Positions 37,001 to 48,505 of a stretch of 64,000 bases of DNA are shown piece after piece. The notes beneath the pieces are model-generated. The model searched no databases. It was not told the origin of the DNA and saw only the letters and a list, made by a program, of their open reading frames with translations. Position 1 is the stretch's first letter. Every line of letters starts with the position of its first letter. Made by a program: the position numbers and the translations under genes. The stretch is from Pseudonocardia sp. (GTDB lineage: Bacteria > Actinomycetota > Actinomycetes > Mycobacteriales > Pseudonocardiaceae), in contig NZ_JBFWOY010000020.1 of assembly GCF_050250275.1 (NCBI RefSeq), forward strand, positions 11,155 to 75,154. Reading direction: 5' to 3'.

Positions 37001-40000
37001 CCGCTCCGCGCCGGGCCTGTCGGCCAGCACGCACACCGGCCGGGCGTCGGCGAGCATCACGGCCCACCGGTCGGCCGGGTGGTCGAGGTCCAGCGGCAGG
37101 TAGGCCGCGCCGGTGCGCAGCACCGCGAACAGCGCCACCACCGTGTCCAGCGACCGCGCCATCGCCAGCGCGACGGTGCGCTCCGGCCCGGCACCGCGCG
37201 CCAGCAGCAGCCTGGCCAGCCGGTTCACCCGGGCGTCGAGCTCGGAGAAGGTCAGCTGCTCGCCGTCGCACACCAGCGCCACGGTGTCGGGTCGCGCCGC
37301 GGCGCGCTGCGCGAGCAGCTCGGCGACCGTCGCCGGGGGCACCGGGTGGCCGGTGGCGGCCCAGCCCTGTTCGAGCGCGGCCCGCTCCGCCGGGGCGAGC
37401 AGCTGCAGCCGGGCCATCGGCCGGTCGGTGTCCGCGGCCAGTTCGTGCAGGACCGACAGGAACGCCTCGTACAGCCGCCGCGCCCGCTCGACCGGGACGC
37501 GTCGTTCGTCGTACTGCAGCCGCAGCGCGAGCTCCGCGCCGGGGAAGACCTGCAGGGACGCCGCGAAGTGGGTGCGCGCCTCGACCGACTCACCGGTGCC
37601 GGTGATCCGCAGCCCACCCGGCGCCCGCCCGTCCGCACCGGGCGGGAAGTTCTCGAACACGAACAGCACGTCGAACAGCTGTTCCACACCGGCCAGCGAC
37701 TGCACCTCGGCCAGCCCGAGGTACTGGTGCCCGAGCAGGTCGGCCTGCTCACGCTGGTGGGTGAGCAGCACGTCGCTGATGCAGTGCGTGGGTGACCAGC
37801 GCACCCGCACCGGCACGGTGTTGATGAACAACCCGACCTGGGAGTCGATGCCGGGGACGTCGGCGTCGCGGCCGGACACCACGGCACCGACGACGACGTC
37901 GTCGCGTCCGGTGAGGGTGCCGAGTGCGATCGCCCACGCCCCGCTGACCAGGGTGTTCAACGTCAGCCCGCGGTGGCGTGCCGCTGCCCCCAGCATGCCG
38001 GTGAGCTCCGCCGGGACCGTCCCGGTCAGCGCCGCGGGGGCGGTGGGGGCGGCATCGGCGGGCAGGGCGGCGCCGAGCAGGGTGGGCTCGGTCAACCCCG
38101 CCAGCGCCGCCCGCCAGGCCGCCCGGGTCCGGCCGGTGTCCTGACGCGACAGCCAGCCCAGGTACTCCCGGTAGGACGGCACCGGCAGTGGGTCCCGGCC
38201 GTCGCCGCGGGCCTCGATCAGGTCGAGGAGGTCGTCGAACAGGACGGGCAGCGACCAGCCGTCGGCCACCAGGTGGTGCAGGGTGACGACCACCCGGTGC
38301 GCGGCGTCCGGCTGCTCGGGCCGGTCGCCGGTGAGCAGGGCGACCCGCAGCAGCGGCGCCTCGTCGAGCGCGAAGGCGTGCCGTCGTTCCTCCCGCGCGG
38401 CGCGGGCGGTGGTGGCGTCGTCGGCCGGGTGCAGCACGCGCAGCGGGACCTCGACCGTGCGGGCCACGGCCTGGACGAGCCCGCCGTCGAGGGTCTCGTG
38501 GAACGAGGCGCGCAGCGCGGGATGGCGGGCGGTGAGCGCGGCGAGCCCGGCGCGCAGCTGCTCACCGGTCAGCGGGCCGGCCAGCTCCAGGACGTACTGC
38601 ACGATGTAGCCGTCGGGGTCGGCGTCGCTGTGCAGGTGGTAGCGGGAGTGGAAGTACATCCCCTGCTGCAGCGGCGTCAGCGGCCACACGTCGGCCAGGC
38701 CGCCGGTGACCGTCGCGGCGAGCGCGTCGACGTCGGGCTGGGCCAGGGTCACGAGCGGGAAGTCGGCGGGTGACGGGCCCCAGCCGCCGGGCGCCGGGGC
38801 GTGCTCGGCGAGGGCCGCCAGCGCGGCCGCCCAGCGCTGCGCGATCGCGGTCACGTCGGCCTCGGCGAGCACCCCGTCGGGCCAGGCGAACGTGGCTGAC
38901 AGGGACGGGCCCGCGGCACCGTCGGTCACCGCGGCGTTGATCTCCAGCGGGTAGCCTGCCGCGGTGTCCGGGTCGGCCCGTTCGCCCAGCGCCGGGCGTT
39001 CCGGGGCGAGGCCCCAGTCCTGGCCGTCGGGGTGCTCGCCGGTGCCGAACCGGCCGAGGTAGTTGAACAGGACGGACGGGGTGGCGGTACCGGCCCAGGC
39101 CTGCGCCCGGTCCGGGTGCAGGTGGCGCAGCACCGTGTAGCCGATCCCGCGGTCGCGGCGTGCTTCGATCGCGGTCCGGACCCGCTTCGCGGCCGCCGCC
39201 ATCGCGTGGCCGCCGTCGAGGAACTCCGCCCACGCCACGGGCCCCGGGTCGAGCCGGACCGGGGCGATGGTGGTGAACCAGCCCACGGTCCGGGACAGGT
39301 CGAGGGTCTCGTCGACCGCGGCGCCCTCCCGGCCGTGGCCCTCCAGGTCGACCAGCACCGCGCCCTCGTCGCGGTCGCCGCGCAGGGCCACCGCGAGCGC
39401 GGTGAGCAGGACGTCGTTGACGGTGCCGCCGAACGCGGCCGGGACCGCGCCGAGCAGCCGCCGGGTGACCGCGGCGGGCACCGCCACGGTCGACGACCGG
39501 GTGGTGCCGACCGTGTCGCGGGCCGGGTCCAGCGCCCGGTCCCCGACCGGGCACACGTTTCGCGGGTCCAGCTCGTCGCGCCAGCGGGGTAGCTCGGCCA
39601 GCCGCTCGTCGCGACCCGCCTCCCGGTGCAGCGCCTCGGTCCAGTCGCGGAACGAGGTGGGCACCGGCTCCGCGGCGAGCCGACGGCCGTCCTGGTGCTG
39701 CTGCCACAGCTGCGCCAGGTCCTCGCCGACGATGCGCCAGGACACGCCGTCGACCACGATGTGGTGGGCGACGAGCAGCAGCCGGCCGCGCCGGGTCGGC
39801 CCGGCGTCGACGAACACGGCCTGCACCATCACCCCGCGGTCGGGGTCGAGCCGGCCGACCGCCTCGTCCTCGCACGCGTCGAGCAATGCGGCGAGCGCGG
39901 CCGGGTCGTCGGGCGCGGGGACGGTCCGCAGCAGGTCCGCGGCCGCGACGGTGCCGGGCTCGGGAACGTGCAGTGCCCAGTCGTCGGCCCGGTCCAGCCG

Positions 40001-43000
40001 GGCCCTGAGCAGGTCGTGCCGGTCGAGCAGGGCCTGCAGCAGGGCGACCTGCGCGGCCGTGTCGGCGCCGACCGGGGTCTGCACGCACAGTGACTGGAAG
40101 AACCCGTTGATGCCGACCGCCTCGTCGCGCAGCCCGGCGAGGATCGGGATCGGGGGAACGCGCCCCACCCCCGACCCGGGTTCGTGCCGGGCCGCCGGGG
40201 CGGTCGCGGCGGCGAGGGCGAGCGCCTCGGGGGTGCGGCGCTCGAACACCAGCCGCGGGCTGATCGCGATGCCGAGCCGGCGGGCCTGGCCCACCAGCCC
40301 GATGGAGACGATGCTGTCGCCGCCGAGCTCGAAGAAGTCGTCGTCGACACCCACGTCGCCGACGCCCAGCAGCTCCTCGAACAGCCCGCACAGCACCCGC
40401 TCGGGGTCGGTGCGCGGGGCGCGGCGCCGACGGCTCGACGCGAACGTCGGCTCCGGCAGCGCGGTCGTGTCGAGCTTGCCGTTGACGGTCAGCGGCAGCT
40501 CGGGGACCTCGACGAGCGCGGCCGGGACCATGTGGGCGGGCAGGCGCTCGGTCAGCTCGGCCCGCACGGCGGCGACCAGCGCGTCGGCCGGGGTCCCCGG
40601 GACCGCCGGCACCAGGTAGCCGACGAGCCGTTTGCGCCCGGACGGGCGATGGGTGTGCGCGATCACCGCGGCGTGGGCCACCTGCTCCAGCGACTCCATA
40701 GCGGCGGCGATCTCCCCGGGCTCGACCCGGAACCCGCGGATCTTGACCTGGTCGTCGGTACGGCCCAGGAAGTCGACGTTCCCGTCCGGACGCAGGCGGA
40801 CCAGGTCACCGGTGCGGTACATGCGCCGCCCCGGCCCGGCGGCGAACGGGTCGGCGACGAACCGTTCCGCGGTGAGCGCGGCCCGCCGGTGGTAGCCGCG
40901 GGCCAGCCCGGCGCCGGCGATGTACAGCTCGCCGGGGCAGCCGACCGGGACCGGGCGCAAGGAGGTGTCGAGCACGTAGCCGCGGGTGTTGTGGATGGGC
41001 TTGCCGACGGTGGGGGTGGCGCTGTCGGCGGTTCCCCCGCCCAGGGTGTTGATCGTGTACTCGGTGGGGCCGTACAGGTTGTAGCCGGTGACGCCGTGGG
41101 CGTCGCGCAGCGCGGACCACACCGTGTCGGTGACGGCCTCGCCGCCCAGCAGCACCAGCGACGGCCGGTGCGGGCCGTCGAGCAGCCCCTCCTCCAGCAG
41201 CGCGTGCGCGAACGTGGGTGTCACGTTGACGACGTCGATGCGCTGGTCGCGGCAGTAGGCCACCAGCTTGTGGGCGTCGCGGCGCAGCTCCTCGTCGCAC
41301 ACGTGCACCTCGTGGCCCTCGACGAGCCAGAGCAGCTCCTCCCACGACATGTCGAAGGAGAACGACACGGTGTGCGCGATCCGCAGCCGGCGCCCGCCCG
41401 CGGCGCCCACCACGGGGTCGAAGATCTCGGCACGGTGGTTGGCCAGCATGTTGGTCAGCCCCCGGTACGGGGTGAGCACGCCCTTGGGCAGGCCGGTGGA
41501 GCCGGAGGTGTAGATCAGGTAGGCGGGGTGCTCGAGCCGGGCGGGGTCGGCGGCGGCGAAGCCGGGGCGCTCCGCGTCGCCGAGCGGGCCCGCCGGGAAC
41601 GCGGCCAGCTCGGCGACCACCGCCGGGTCGTCGAGTGCCGAGATCGGGACGTCGGCGGGCAGCAGAGCGGCGGCGTCGGCCGTGGTGAGGACGCACACCG
41701 GGTCGGCGTCGGCGACCATCACGGCGAGGCGCTGCGCCGGGTACTCCAGGTCCAGCGGGAGGTAGGCGGCGCCGGTGCGCAGCGTCGCGAACAGTGCGGC
41801 GACCATGTCCGTGCCGCGCGGCAGGGCGAGCCCGACGACGCGTTCGGGGCCCGCGCCGCGGGCCAGCAGCAGCCGGGCCAGCCGGTCGACCCGCTCGTCG
41901 AACTCGGTGAACGAGAGCTGCTGCGACCCGCAGACGAGGGCGGTGTCCGCGGCGTGCGCCGCGGCGGTCGCGGCGAGCGTCTCGGCCACCGACTCCGTGC
42001 CCAGCGGGCGGGTGGTGGCCGACCAGTCCCGCTGCAGGTGCGCCCGCTCCTGGTGCCCGAGCAGGTCGAGCCGGCCGAGTGGGCGGTCCGGGTCGGCGAC
42101 GAGCGCCGCGGCGACGTCGGCCGTGCGCCGCAGCAGCGCCGTCGCCTCGGCGGCGCTCACGGCGACGTGGTGTTCGAGGGTCAGGCCCAGCTCGTCGCCG
42201 GGGGTCGCGATCATCACCAGCGGGTAGTGGGTGGCGTCGACGTGGCGGCGGCCGACGACCCCGGCGGCGTCGAGGGCCCGCTGCGGGATGTCGGCGAAGT
42301 TCTGCAGCACGAACAGGGTGTCGAACAGCACCGGCTGCCCTGCCGCGCGTTGGATGGCACCGAGCCCGAGGAACTCGTGCTCGCTCAGGGCGAGCCGCTC
42401 GTTCTGCAGCCGGCGCAGGAACGCGCCCACGGCTTCGGCGGGGTCGGTGCGCACCCGCGTCGGCACGGTGTTCAGGAACTGGCCGACGACGTGCGCGGCC
42501 CCGGGCAGCTCCGGTGGCCGCCCGGCGACGGTGGTGCCGAAGACCACCTCGTCGCGGCCGGTGAGGCCACCCAGCACGAGCGCCCACGCCGCGTTGAGCA
42601 CGGTGTTGAGGGTGACCCCGCAGCGCCGGGCGCCCGCGCGCACCGCCTCGGACCCCCCGGCGGGCACCGTGATCGCGGTCCGGGCGGGGATGGCTGCGGG
42701 GGCGGTGGTCCCGGCGCGCAGCGCCGGAGCGACCAGGGTGGGTTCCTCGATCCCGGCGAGGGCGCCGGCCCATGCCGCGCGCGCGGCGTCGCCGTCACGT
42801 TCGGCCAGCCAGCGCAGGTACTCGGGGTAGCCGCCCGCGGGTGGCAGCGCCTGCGCGCTGCCACCGCCGTAGAGGGTGAACAGCTGGTCGAACAGGGTGC
42901 TGTGCGACCAGCCGTCCCACGCCAGCAGGTGGTAGGTGACCACCAGCCGGTCGGTGCCGTCGGGCAGGCGCAGCAGCGACATCCGGAACAGTGGCGGCGC

Positions 43001-46000
43001 GGTGAGGTCGAACCGGCGGGTGCGGTCGGCGTGCGCGATGTCCCCGGCCCGCGCCGCGGCCTCGGCGGGGGCGAGGCCGGACAGGTCGTGCTCGGTCACC
43101 GGGTCGTCGGCGGCGGCCCGCACGACCTGGTGGACGGTGCCGTCACCGTTGTCGACGAACGCGCAGCGCAGCGTCGGGTGCCGCAGCTGCAGCAGCTGCG
43201 TCGCTGCGCGCAGGCGGGCCGCGTCGACGCGATGGTCCAGTTCGAAGGTGGTCTGCCCGGTGTAGACGTCGAGCGCCCCGGAGTCGTCGAAGACGGCCTG
43301 GAAGTACAGCCCGGACTGCAGCGGGGAGAGCGGCCAGACGTCGGTGAGGTCGGCGAACCGCTCCCGTAGCGAGCCGAGCGTGGTGAGGTCGAGCGGTACC
43401 AGTTCGAGCGGCGCGACCGGCGGCCGGGCCTGCTCGGGGGTGTCCTCGACGGTGGCGACGAGGGCGAGCGCCTCGGGGGTCCGGCTGGTGAAGACCTGCC
43501 GCGGGGTGAGGACCAGACCGCGTTCCCGGGCCCGGCCGACCAGGGTGACCGAGCTGATGCTGTCGCCGCCGAGAGCGAAGAAGTCGTCGCCGGCTCCGAC
43601 GTCGGTCGCGTCGAGCAGCTCGGCGAACAAGGCGCACAGCACCCGCTCGGGCCCGGTCCGCGGAGGGCGGCTGCCGCCGCCGGTGTAGACCGGCGCCGGG
43701 AGGGCCCGGACGTCCAGCTTGCCGTTCGTGGTCAACGGCAGCTCGTCGAGGGCGACGATCGAAGCGGGGACCATGTGGGCGGGCAGGTGCAGCGCCAGGT
43801 GGCTGCGGATCTCGGCGGCGGGGGCGCCGGCGCGCGGGTCGGCGGGAACCAGGTAGGCCGCCAACCGGGCGAGGGCCGGGCCCCCGCGCGACGACGTGCT
43901 GTCGACGACCACCGCGGCCTGCGCGACCAGGGGGTGCGCCTCCAGTGCGGCGACGATCTCACCCGGCTCGATCCGGTAGCCGCGGATCTTGACCTGGTCG
44001 TCGGTGCGGCCGAGGAAGTCGATGTTCCCGTCGGGGCGCCGTCGGGCCAGGTCGCCGGTCCGGTACATGCGTCCGCCCGGTTCGGTCGCGTAGGGGTCGG
44101 CGACGAACTTCTCGGCGGTCAGGCCGGCCCGGTCGTGGTAGCCGCGGGCCAACCCGGCGCCGGCCAGGTAGAGCTCGCCGGGCGAGCCGTCGAGCACGGG
44201 GCGCAGCGCGCTGTCGAGGATGTGGACCCGGGCGTTGTGCACCGGCCGCCCGACCGTCGGGGTGGTGCTGTCGCCGACACCGCCACCGAGCGCGTTGACG
44301 CTGAACTCGGTGGGCCCGTAGAGGTTGTAGCCGTCGGTGCGCGGCGCCTCGCGCAGCGCGGTCCAGACGGAGTCGGTCGCGGCCTCGCCACCGAGCAGCA
44401 CCAGCGACGGTACGTGCCCGCCGTCGAGCAGGCCGGCGTCGAGCAGGGCGCGGGCGTAGGTCGGTGTCACGTTGAGGACGTCGAGGCGCTGCGCGCGGCA
44501 GTGCTCGACGAGGCGGTGGGCGTCGCGGCGCAGCTGCTCGTCGCACAGGTGCAGCTCGTGCCCGTCGAGCAGCCAGAACAGCTCGTCCCAGGACATGTCG
44601 AAGGAGAACGACGTGGTGTGGGCGACCCGCAGCCGGCGGCCCCCGGTACCGGCGAGGGCGCGCGGGACGATCTCGGCGCGGTACTCGGCCAGCATGTTGG
44701 TCAGGCCGCAGTGCGGGGTGAGCACACCCTTGGGGGTGCCGGTGGAGCCGGACGTGTAGATCAGGTAGGCGGGGTGGTCCAGCCGGCCGGGTGAGCCGGC
44801 CGTGAACCCTGCCAGGTCCGTCGACGACGGCGGCCCGGGTGGCAGTGCGGCCAGCTCGGCGACGATCCCGGGGCTGTCGAGCCGGATCGTCGGCACGTCG
44901 AGGGCCGGCGCGTCGAGGTCGGGGCCGTCGGCGAGCGCCACGACGCAGACCGGCCGGGCGTCGCCGACCATCGCGGCCAGCCGCGCGGGCGGCAGCTCGA
45001 GGTCCAGGGGCAGGTACGCGGCGCCGGTGCGCAGCACGGCGAACAACGTCGCCACCATGTCGGTGGAGCGGGGCAGGGCCAGGGCGACGACGCGCTCCGG
45101 GCCCGCGCCGCGCGCCAGGAGCAGCCGGGCGAGGCGGTCGACCCGCGCGTCGAGCTCGGCGAAGGTCAGCCGGTCGTCGCCGCACACGAGGGCCGTGCCG
45201 TGCGGGGTGGCCGTGGCCAGCGTCGCGAGGTGCTCGGCCACCGTGCGGTCGGGCAGGTCGCGCTCGCTGGCCGACCACGCCGCGCGCAGCGCCACCGGTT
45301 CGTCGTCGGTCACCACGTCGACCCGCCCGACGGGCTCGGCGGGTGCCGCGAGCAGCCGTCGCGTCGTCGTCGCCAGGCGGTCCAGCAGCGCCGTCGCCGT
45401 CGCCCGGTCCAGGACGTCGGGCCGGAACTGCAGGGTGAACCGCATCCGCGACTCCGGTGCGACGACCAGCGCGAGCGGGTAGTGCGTCGCGTCGGCGTAG
45501 TCGACGTAGCGGGCGCCCACCGCGTCGAGCACAGCCGGGTCCAGCTTCGGGAAGTTCTGCAGCACGAACAGGGTGTCGAACAACGGCTGCTGCCCGGCGG
45601 CGCGCTGGATCTCGGCCAGCCCGGCGTGCTCGTGGTCGAGCAGGGCCGCCCGGTCACGCTGGATCCGCTGCAGCAGGGCGCTCACGGGCTCGGCGAGGTC
45701 GAGCCGCACGCGAGCCGGCACGGTGTTCAGGAACTGGCCGATCGACCGGTCGCTGCCCGCCAGCTCGGGCGGCCGCCCGGCCACCGTGGTGCCGAAGACC
45801 ACGTCGGTCCGCCCGGTCAGCCCGCCGAGGGTGATCGCCCAGGCGGCGTTGAGGACGGTGTTGACGGTGACGCCGAGGGCGCGGGCGCCGGCGCGGACGG
45901 CGTCGTCGGCCTCCGCGGGCAGCTCCAGTTCGACGGTCGAGGGCAGGACGGGCGCGTCCACGGGGGCGGCCTGCCGGGCGCCGGCGACGAGCGTGCCGCC

Positions 46001-48505
46001 GTCCAGCCCCGCCAGCGCGTGCCGCCACGCGGCCGCGTCGGCCCGGTGGTCGCGGCCGGCCAGCCAGCGCGGGTGGTCCAGGTGCGACGGCGGGGCGGGC
46101 AGTCCCGGATCGGTGCCGTCGTGGCCGAGCAGCGCGAAGAGTTCCCGCAGGACGATGTGGTGCGACCACCCGTCCCACGCGGTGAGGTGCTGGGTGAGCA
46201 CCAGCCGGGACCGGCCACCGGGCAGGTGGGCGACGGCGATGCGGAACAGCGGCGGCGCGGCGAGGTCGAAGCGGCGGCCGCGGTGGTCCGCGGCGAGGGT
46301 GGCCAGGCGCTCCAGCGCGTGGTCGAGGGGCAGGTCGGTGAGGGTGACCTCTTCGACGGGGACGGTGGCCGTCGGCAGCACGACCTGCACGGGCTGCGGA
46401 ACGCCGTCGGCGGTCAGCCCGGCGCGCAGGAACGGGTGGCGTTTCAGCAGCGTCGCGCACGCGCGGCCGAGCAGGTCGACGTCGAGTGGGGTGGCGAACT
46501 CGAAGTCGTGCTGTGCGGTGTAGGGGTCGACGTCGCCCGAGCCCTCGTAGACCGACTGGAAGTACAGCCCGGACTGCAGCGGCGCGGCCGGGAAGACCGC
46601 GTCCGTGCCGACGCCGTAGCGGGCCGCGGCCCGGGCCGCGACCTGCGGGTCGAGCAGCGGGGCCGCACCGCCGGAATCCCGGGTCGCCCGGTCCTCCGGT
46701 TGCGCGGCGGGGAACCGGGCGGCCAGCGCTTCGGCGGTGCGCAGCTCCATCAGCTCCCGCACCCGCACCCGCAGTCCGTCCTCGTGGGCGCCGCGGATCA
46801 CCCGGACCGCGGTGATGCTGTCGCCGCCGAGTGCGAAGAAGTCGTCCTCCGGGCCCACCTCGGGCAGGTCGAGGGCCTCGGCCAGCCGCCGGCACCAGCG
46901 GCGCTCGGCGTCGTCGCGGGCCGGCCGGCCACCGCCCGCCTCGAGCTGCGGCGCGGGCAGGGCGTCGCGGTCGAGCTTGCCGTTCGGCGTCATCGGGAGC
47001 CCGCCGGCGATCGGCACCAGCACGGTGGGGACCATGTGCGCCGGCAACGAGTCGGCCAGCCGGGCCCGCACGTCGGCCGGCGGGTCCGCCGACGCGTCGA
47101 GCACCACGTACCCGACCAGCATGCGGCGGCCCGGCTGGTCCTCGCGGACGACGACCGCGGCCTGGGTGACGCCGGGCTGCGCCAGCAGCGCGGTCTCGAT
47201 CTCACCCGGCTCGATCCGGTAGCCACGCAGTTTCACCTGCTGGTCCGCGCGCCCGAGGAAGTCGAGGGTCCCGTCGGCCCGCCACCGGACCCGGTCGCCG
47301 GTGCGGTACATCCGGGAGCCGTCGACCGCGAACGGGTCGGCCACGAACCGCGACGCGGTCAGCCCGGCGCGGCCGCGGTATCCCCTGGCCAGCCCCCGTC
47401 CCGCGATGTACAGCTCACCGACCTCACCCACCCCGACCGGACGCAGCCGCTCGTCGAGCACGAAGGCGTGCGTGTTGGGGTCGGGGCGGCCGATCGGGGC
47501 GGGCCCGCTCCACCCGGGCTCGGCCGTCCACAGGGTGGAGTTCACCGTCGCCTCGGTCAGCCCGTAGGCGGTCACCACCCGCAGGGGGCCGGTCCAGCGC
47601 CGCAGCACCTCCGGCGGCACCGTCTCGGTGCCGACGACCAGCACGGCGCCGTCGGGTAACCGGCTCTCCGGCGGCAGGGCCGCCACCAGCGAGGGCGGCA
47701 GGATCATGTGGGTGATCCCGTTGGCGCACAGGTAGTCGGTGAGCTCGGGGCCCGCGACGCGGCGGTGGGCCGGCACCAGGACGACGGTCCCGCCGACGCA
47801 CAGCGACATCGTCAGGTCCCAGACCGCGACGTCGAACCCGATCGAGGCGAACTGCGCGACCCTGCTCCGGGCGTCCACCCCCAGCCGGTCCACCGCGGTC
47901 GCGACGAGGCTGCCGATGCCCTCGTGCGTGAGCAGCGCGCCCTTGGGGCGACCGGTCGAGCCCGACGTGTAGATGAGGTAGGCGGCCCGGTCCAGGTCGA
48001 TCGGGCCACCCACCTCCGCATCGTCGAGGTCGGCACCCGATCGCCCGGCGAGCTCGGCCACCGTGGCGGCGGCGTCCACGCGCACCGCCGCCGTCGCGGA
48101 CGGCAGCTCGCCCGCCAGGTCGGTCGTGGTGAGGACCAGCCCGGCGCCGGAGTCGTCCAGCAGGTAGGCGACCCGCTCGGCCGGATGGTCCAGATCGACC
48201 GGCAGGAACACGGCTCCTGCCTTGAGCACCGCGAGCACCGCGACCACCAGCTCGGGCGAGCGGGGCAGGGCGAGGCCGACGACGTCCTCGGCCCCCACCC
48301 CACGCGCCCGGAGCAGGCGGGCCATCCGGTTGGCACGGTCGTTGAGCTCGTGGTAGCTCAACGACTCGTCCTCGCAGACGACAGCGGTCGCCGTGGGCCG
48401 TTCCGCGGCGCGGTTCTCGAACAGCCGTGACCACGGCAGTTCGTCGACCTCCCGCAGGGGACTGCGGGCCCACGGCGTCAGCTCGTCGATGCTCACTGCG
48501 GTCAC
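34052..48505 (-). CDS. non-ribosomal peptide synthetase, 4 modules: A-T / C-A-T / C-A-T-E / C-A-T-E (4817 aa)
   Basis: Four [14 protein letters not shown] adenylation cores and four [18 protein letters not shown] carrier motifs. Three C domains (active-site motifs at 46169-46189, 42911-42931, 38258-38278). Two E domains (HH[IL]VVDGVSW at 39737-39766 and 35054-35083, plus EGHGRE, RTVGWFT and FNYLG). GTG 48505 is in frame and overlaps the stop of the binding-protein gene (GTGA). The 252 upstream codons of ORF 34052..49261 are shadow sequence. Confidence 0.97.
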   Translation of the reverse strand: MTAVSIDELTPWARSPLREVDELPWSRLFENRAAERPTATAVVCEDESLSYHELNDRANRMARLLRARGVGAEDVVGLALPRSPELVVAVLAVLKAGAVFLPVDLDHPAERVAYLLDDSGAGLVLTTTDLAGELPSATAAVRVDAAATVAELAGRSGADLDDAEVGGPIDLDRAAYLIYTSGSTGRPKGALLTHEGIGSLVATAVDRLGVDARSRVAQFASIGFDVAVWDLTMSLCVGGTVVLVPAHRRVAGPELTDYLCANGITHMILPPSLVAALPPESRLPDGAVLVVGTETVPPEVLRRWTGPLRVVTAYGLTEATVNSTLWTAEPGWSGPAPIGRPDPNTHAFVLDERLRPVGVGEVGELYIAGRGLARGYRGRAGLTASRFVADPFAVDGSRMYRTGDRVRWRADGTLDFLGRADQQVKLRGYRIEPGEIETALLAQPGVTQAAVVVREDQPGRRMLVGYVVLDASADPPADVRARLADSLPAHMVPTVLVPIAGGLPMTPNGKLDRDALPAPQLEAGGGRPARDDAERRWCRRLAEALDLPEVGPEDDFFALGGDSITAVRVIRGAHEDGLRVRVRELMELRTAEALAARFPAAQPEDRATRDSGGAAPLLDPQVAARAAARYGVGTDAVFPAAPLQSGLYFQSVYEGSGDVDPYTAQHDFEFATPLDVDLLGRACATLLKRHPFLRAGLTADGVPQPVQVVLPTATVPVEEVTLTDLPLDHALERLATLAADHRGRRFDLAAPPLFRIAVAHLPGGRSRLVLTQHLTAWDGWSHHIVLRELFALLGHDGTDPGLPAPPSHLDHPRWLAGRDHRADAAAWRHALAGLDGGTLVAGARQAAPVDAPVLPSTVELELPAEADDAVRAGARALGVTVNTVLNAAWAITLGGLTGRTDVVFGTTVAGRPPELAGSDRSIGQFLNTVPARVRLDLAEPVSALLQRIQRDRAALLDHEHAGLAEIQRAAGQQPLFDTLFVLQNFPKLDPAVLDAVGARYVDYADATHYPLALVVAPESRMRFTLQFRPDVLDRATATALLDRLATTTRRLLAAPAEPVGRVDVVTDDEPVALRAAWSASERDLPDRTVAEHLATLATATPHGTALVCGDDRLTFAELDARVDRLARLLLARGAGPERVVALALPRSTDMVATLFAVLRTGAAYLPLDLELPPARLAAMVGDARPVCVVALADGPDLDAPALDVPTIRLDSPGIVAELAALPPGPPSSTDLAGFTAGSPGRLDHPAYLIYTSGSTGTPKGVLTPHCGLTNMLAEYRAEIVPRALAGTGGRRLRVAHTTSFSFDMSWDELFWLLDGHELHLCDEQLRRDAHRLVEHCRAQRLDVLNVTPTYARALLDAGLLDGGHVPSLVLLGGEAATDSVWTALREAPRTDGYNLYGPTEFSVNALGGGVGDSTTPTVGRPVHNARVHILDSALRPVLDGSPGELYLAGAGLARGYHDRAGLTAEKFVADPYATEPGGRMYRTGDLARRRPDGNIDFLGRTDDQVKIRGYRIEPGEIVAALEAHPLVAQAAVVVDSTSSRGGPALARLAAYLVPADPRAGAPAAEIRSHLALHLPAHMVPASIVALDELPLTTNGKLDVRALPAPVYTGGGSRPPRTGPERVLCALFAELLDATDVGAGDDFFALGGDSISSVTLVGRARERGLVLTPRQVFTSRTPEALALVATVEDTPEQARPPVAPLELVPLDLTTLGSLRERFADLTDVWPLSPLQSGLYFQAVFDDSGALDVYTGQTTFELDHRVDAARLRAATQLLQLRHPTLRCAFVDNGDGTVHQVVRAAADDPVTEHDLSGLAPAEAAARAGDIAHADRTRRFDLTAPPLFRMSLLRLPDGTDRLVVTYHLLAWDGWSHSTLFDQLFTLYGGGSAQALPPAGGYPEYLRWLAERDGDAARAAWAGALAGIEEPTLVAPALRAGTTAPAAIPARTAITVPAGGSEAVRAGARRCGVTLNTVLNAAWALVLGGLTGRDEVVFGTTVAGRPPELPGAAHVVGQFLNTVPTRVRTDPAEAVGAFLRRLQNERLALSEHEFLGLGAIQRAAGQPVLFDTLFVLQNFADIPQRALDAAGVVGRRHVDATHYPLVMIATPGDELGLTLEHHVAVSAAEATALLRRTADVAAALVADPDRPLGRLDLLGHQERAHLQRDWSATTRPLGTESVAETLAATAAAHAADTALVCGSQQLSFTEFDERVDRLARLLLARGAGPERVVGLALPRGTDMVAALFATLRTGAAYLPLDLEYPAQRLAVMVADADPVCVLTTADAAALLPADVPISALDDPAVVAELAAFPAGPLGDAERPGFAAADPARLEHPAYLIYTSGSTGLPKGVLTPYRGLTNMLANHRAEIFDPVVGAAGGRRLRIAHTVSFSFDMSWEELLWLVEGHEVHVCDEELRRDAHKLVAYCRDQRIDVVNVTPTFAHALLEEGLLDGPHRPSLVLLGGEAVTDTVWSALRDAHGVTGYNLYGPTEYTINTLGGGTADSATPTVGKPIHNTRGYVLDTSLRPVPVGCPGELYIAGAGLARGYHRRAALTAERFVADPFAAGPGRRMYRTGDLVRLRPDGNVDFLGRTDDQVKIRGFRVEPGEIAAAMESLEQVAHAAVIAHTHRPSGRKRLVGYLVPAVPGTPADALVAAVRAELTERLPAHMVPAALVEVPELPLTVNGKLDTTALPEPTFASSRRRRAPRTDPERVLCGLFEELLGVGDVGVDDDFFELGGDSIVSIGLVGQARRLGIAISPRLVFERRTPEALALAAATAPAARHEPGSGVGRVPPIPILAGLRDEAVGINGFFQSLCVQTPVGADTAAQVALLQALLDRHDLLRARLDRADDWALHVPEPGTVAAADLLRTVPAPDDPAALAALLDACEDEAVGRLDPDRGVMVQAVFVDAGPTRRGRLLLVAHHIVVDGVSWRIVGEDLAQLWQQHQDGRRLAAEPVPTSFRDWTEALHREAGRDERLAELPRWRDELDPRNVCPVGDRALDPARDTVGTTRSSTVAVPAAVTRRLLGAVPAAFGGTVNDVLLTALAVALRGDRDEGAVLVDLEGHGREGAAVDETLDLSRTVGWFTTIAPVRLDPGPVAWAEFLDGGHAMAAAAKRVRTAIEARRDRGIGYTVLRHLHPDRAQAWAGTATPSVLFNYLGRFGTGEHPDGQDWGLAPERPALGERADPDTAAGYPLEINAAVTDGAAGPSLSATFAWPDGVLAEADVTAIAQRWAAALAALAEHAPAPGGWGPSPADFPLVTLAQPDVDALAATVTGGLADVWPLTPLQQGMYFHSRYHLHSDADPDGYIVQYVLELAGPLTGEQLRAGLAALTARHPALRASFHETLDGGLVQAVARTVEVPLRVLHPADDATTARAAREERRHAFALDEAPLLRVALLTGDRPEQPDAAHRVVVTLHHLVADGWSLPVLFDDLLDLIEARGDGRDPLPVPSYREYLGWLSRQDTGRTRAAWRAALAGLTEPTLLGAALPADAAPTAPAALTGTVPAELTGMLGAAARHRGLTLNTLVSGAWAIALGTLTGRDDVVVGAVVSGRDADVPGIDSQVGLFINTVPVRVRWSPTHCISDVLLTHQREQADLLGHQYLGLAEVQSLAGVEQLFDVLFVFENFPPGADGRAPGGLRITGTGESVEARTHFAASLQVFPGAELALRLQYDERRVPVERARRLYEAFLSVLHELAADTDRPMARLQLLAPAERAALEQGWAATGHPVPPATVAELLAQRAAARPDTVALVCDGEQLTFSELDARVNRLARLLLARGAGPERTVALAMARSLDTVVALFAVLRTGAAYLPLDLDHPADRWAVMLADARPVCVLADRPGAERLPAEVGAPVVGLHGGETAAELARQSPAALTPAELGPFAPGTPGRLEHPAYLIYTSGSTGLPKGVLTPYRGLTNMLVNHQAKIFGPTLDRAGGRRLRIAHTVSFSFDMSWEELLWLVEGHEVHVCDEELRRDAQQLVAYCAEQRIDVVNVTPTYARTLLDSGLLDGPHRPPLVLLGGEAVTESVWTQLAAAEGVVGYNLYGPTEYTINTLGGGTEDSVTPTVGTPVTNTRAYILDSALRPVPPGTPGELYIAGAGLARGYHDRPGPTAERFVADPYGAAAGGRMYRTGDLVVARADGNIDFLGRTDDQVKIRGYRVEPGEIVATLERHPGVAQAAVTVHRRGEARIAHLAGYLVAAGPADPAALVAAVRTHLAEQLPPHMVPTTLDVLDELPLTVNGKLDAAALPAPELTGTREHRAPRSEAERSLCNLIGRLLGVPDVGIDDDFFALGGDSISSIALVSQARRHGLVLRPRDVRTARTVEALAALGSGPATAARVDVDGAGTGRLPATPIMGWLAGSTAAAGGSIGAFHQAVTLQTPAGVDAPALLPVLQALLDHHDLLRARLHRETARWELEVPEPGTVRAGDLLSVADLPAGTDVGTVVEEQRLQAAARLDPDRGVMAQAVLLDAGPAAPGILLLVAHHLVVDGVSWRILTEDLAEAWARHRAGEPIALPDVGTSFRTWARGLADAGRTGARAGELPHWRATAQAAAGRFARTPLDPGRDTATTIREHSLVLPADWTTPLLSSVPALLRATVNDVLLAALAVAAAEWRRRTGRLPGDGTLVALEGHGREEHVGDVDLTRTVGWFTTAFPVYLPVGPTAWSAVLAADPHEVRRIVGGVGEQLCAVADGGLGYGVLRHLDPQAGPQLAGAAEPELQFNYLGRYAEGAGDGGDWQTPAGLDPLTGGRDDAMPAGHPLVLDVLAVDVDGRPELHASWEWPAAVFAAGEVPSLAELWFEALRGIVRAVAGPGSPGQDDRTEGGLT

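Noticed and set aside
40184-43369. Long antisense ORFs opposite real genes (e.g. 40184..43369+, 45200..47659+, 35891..36928+, 32223..34355+, 27084..30287+, 1197..3047+, 51717..53696-, 55832..57448-)
   Set aside because: These are typical high-GC shadow ORFs with extreme Arg/Gly/Pro/Asp content and no recognisable motifs. Each lies opposite a gene with unambiguous family signatures.
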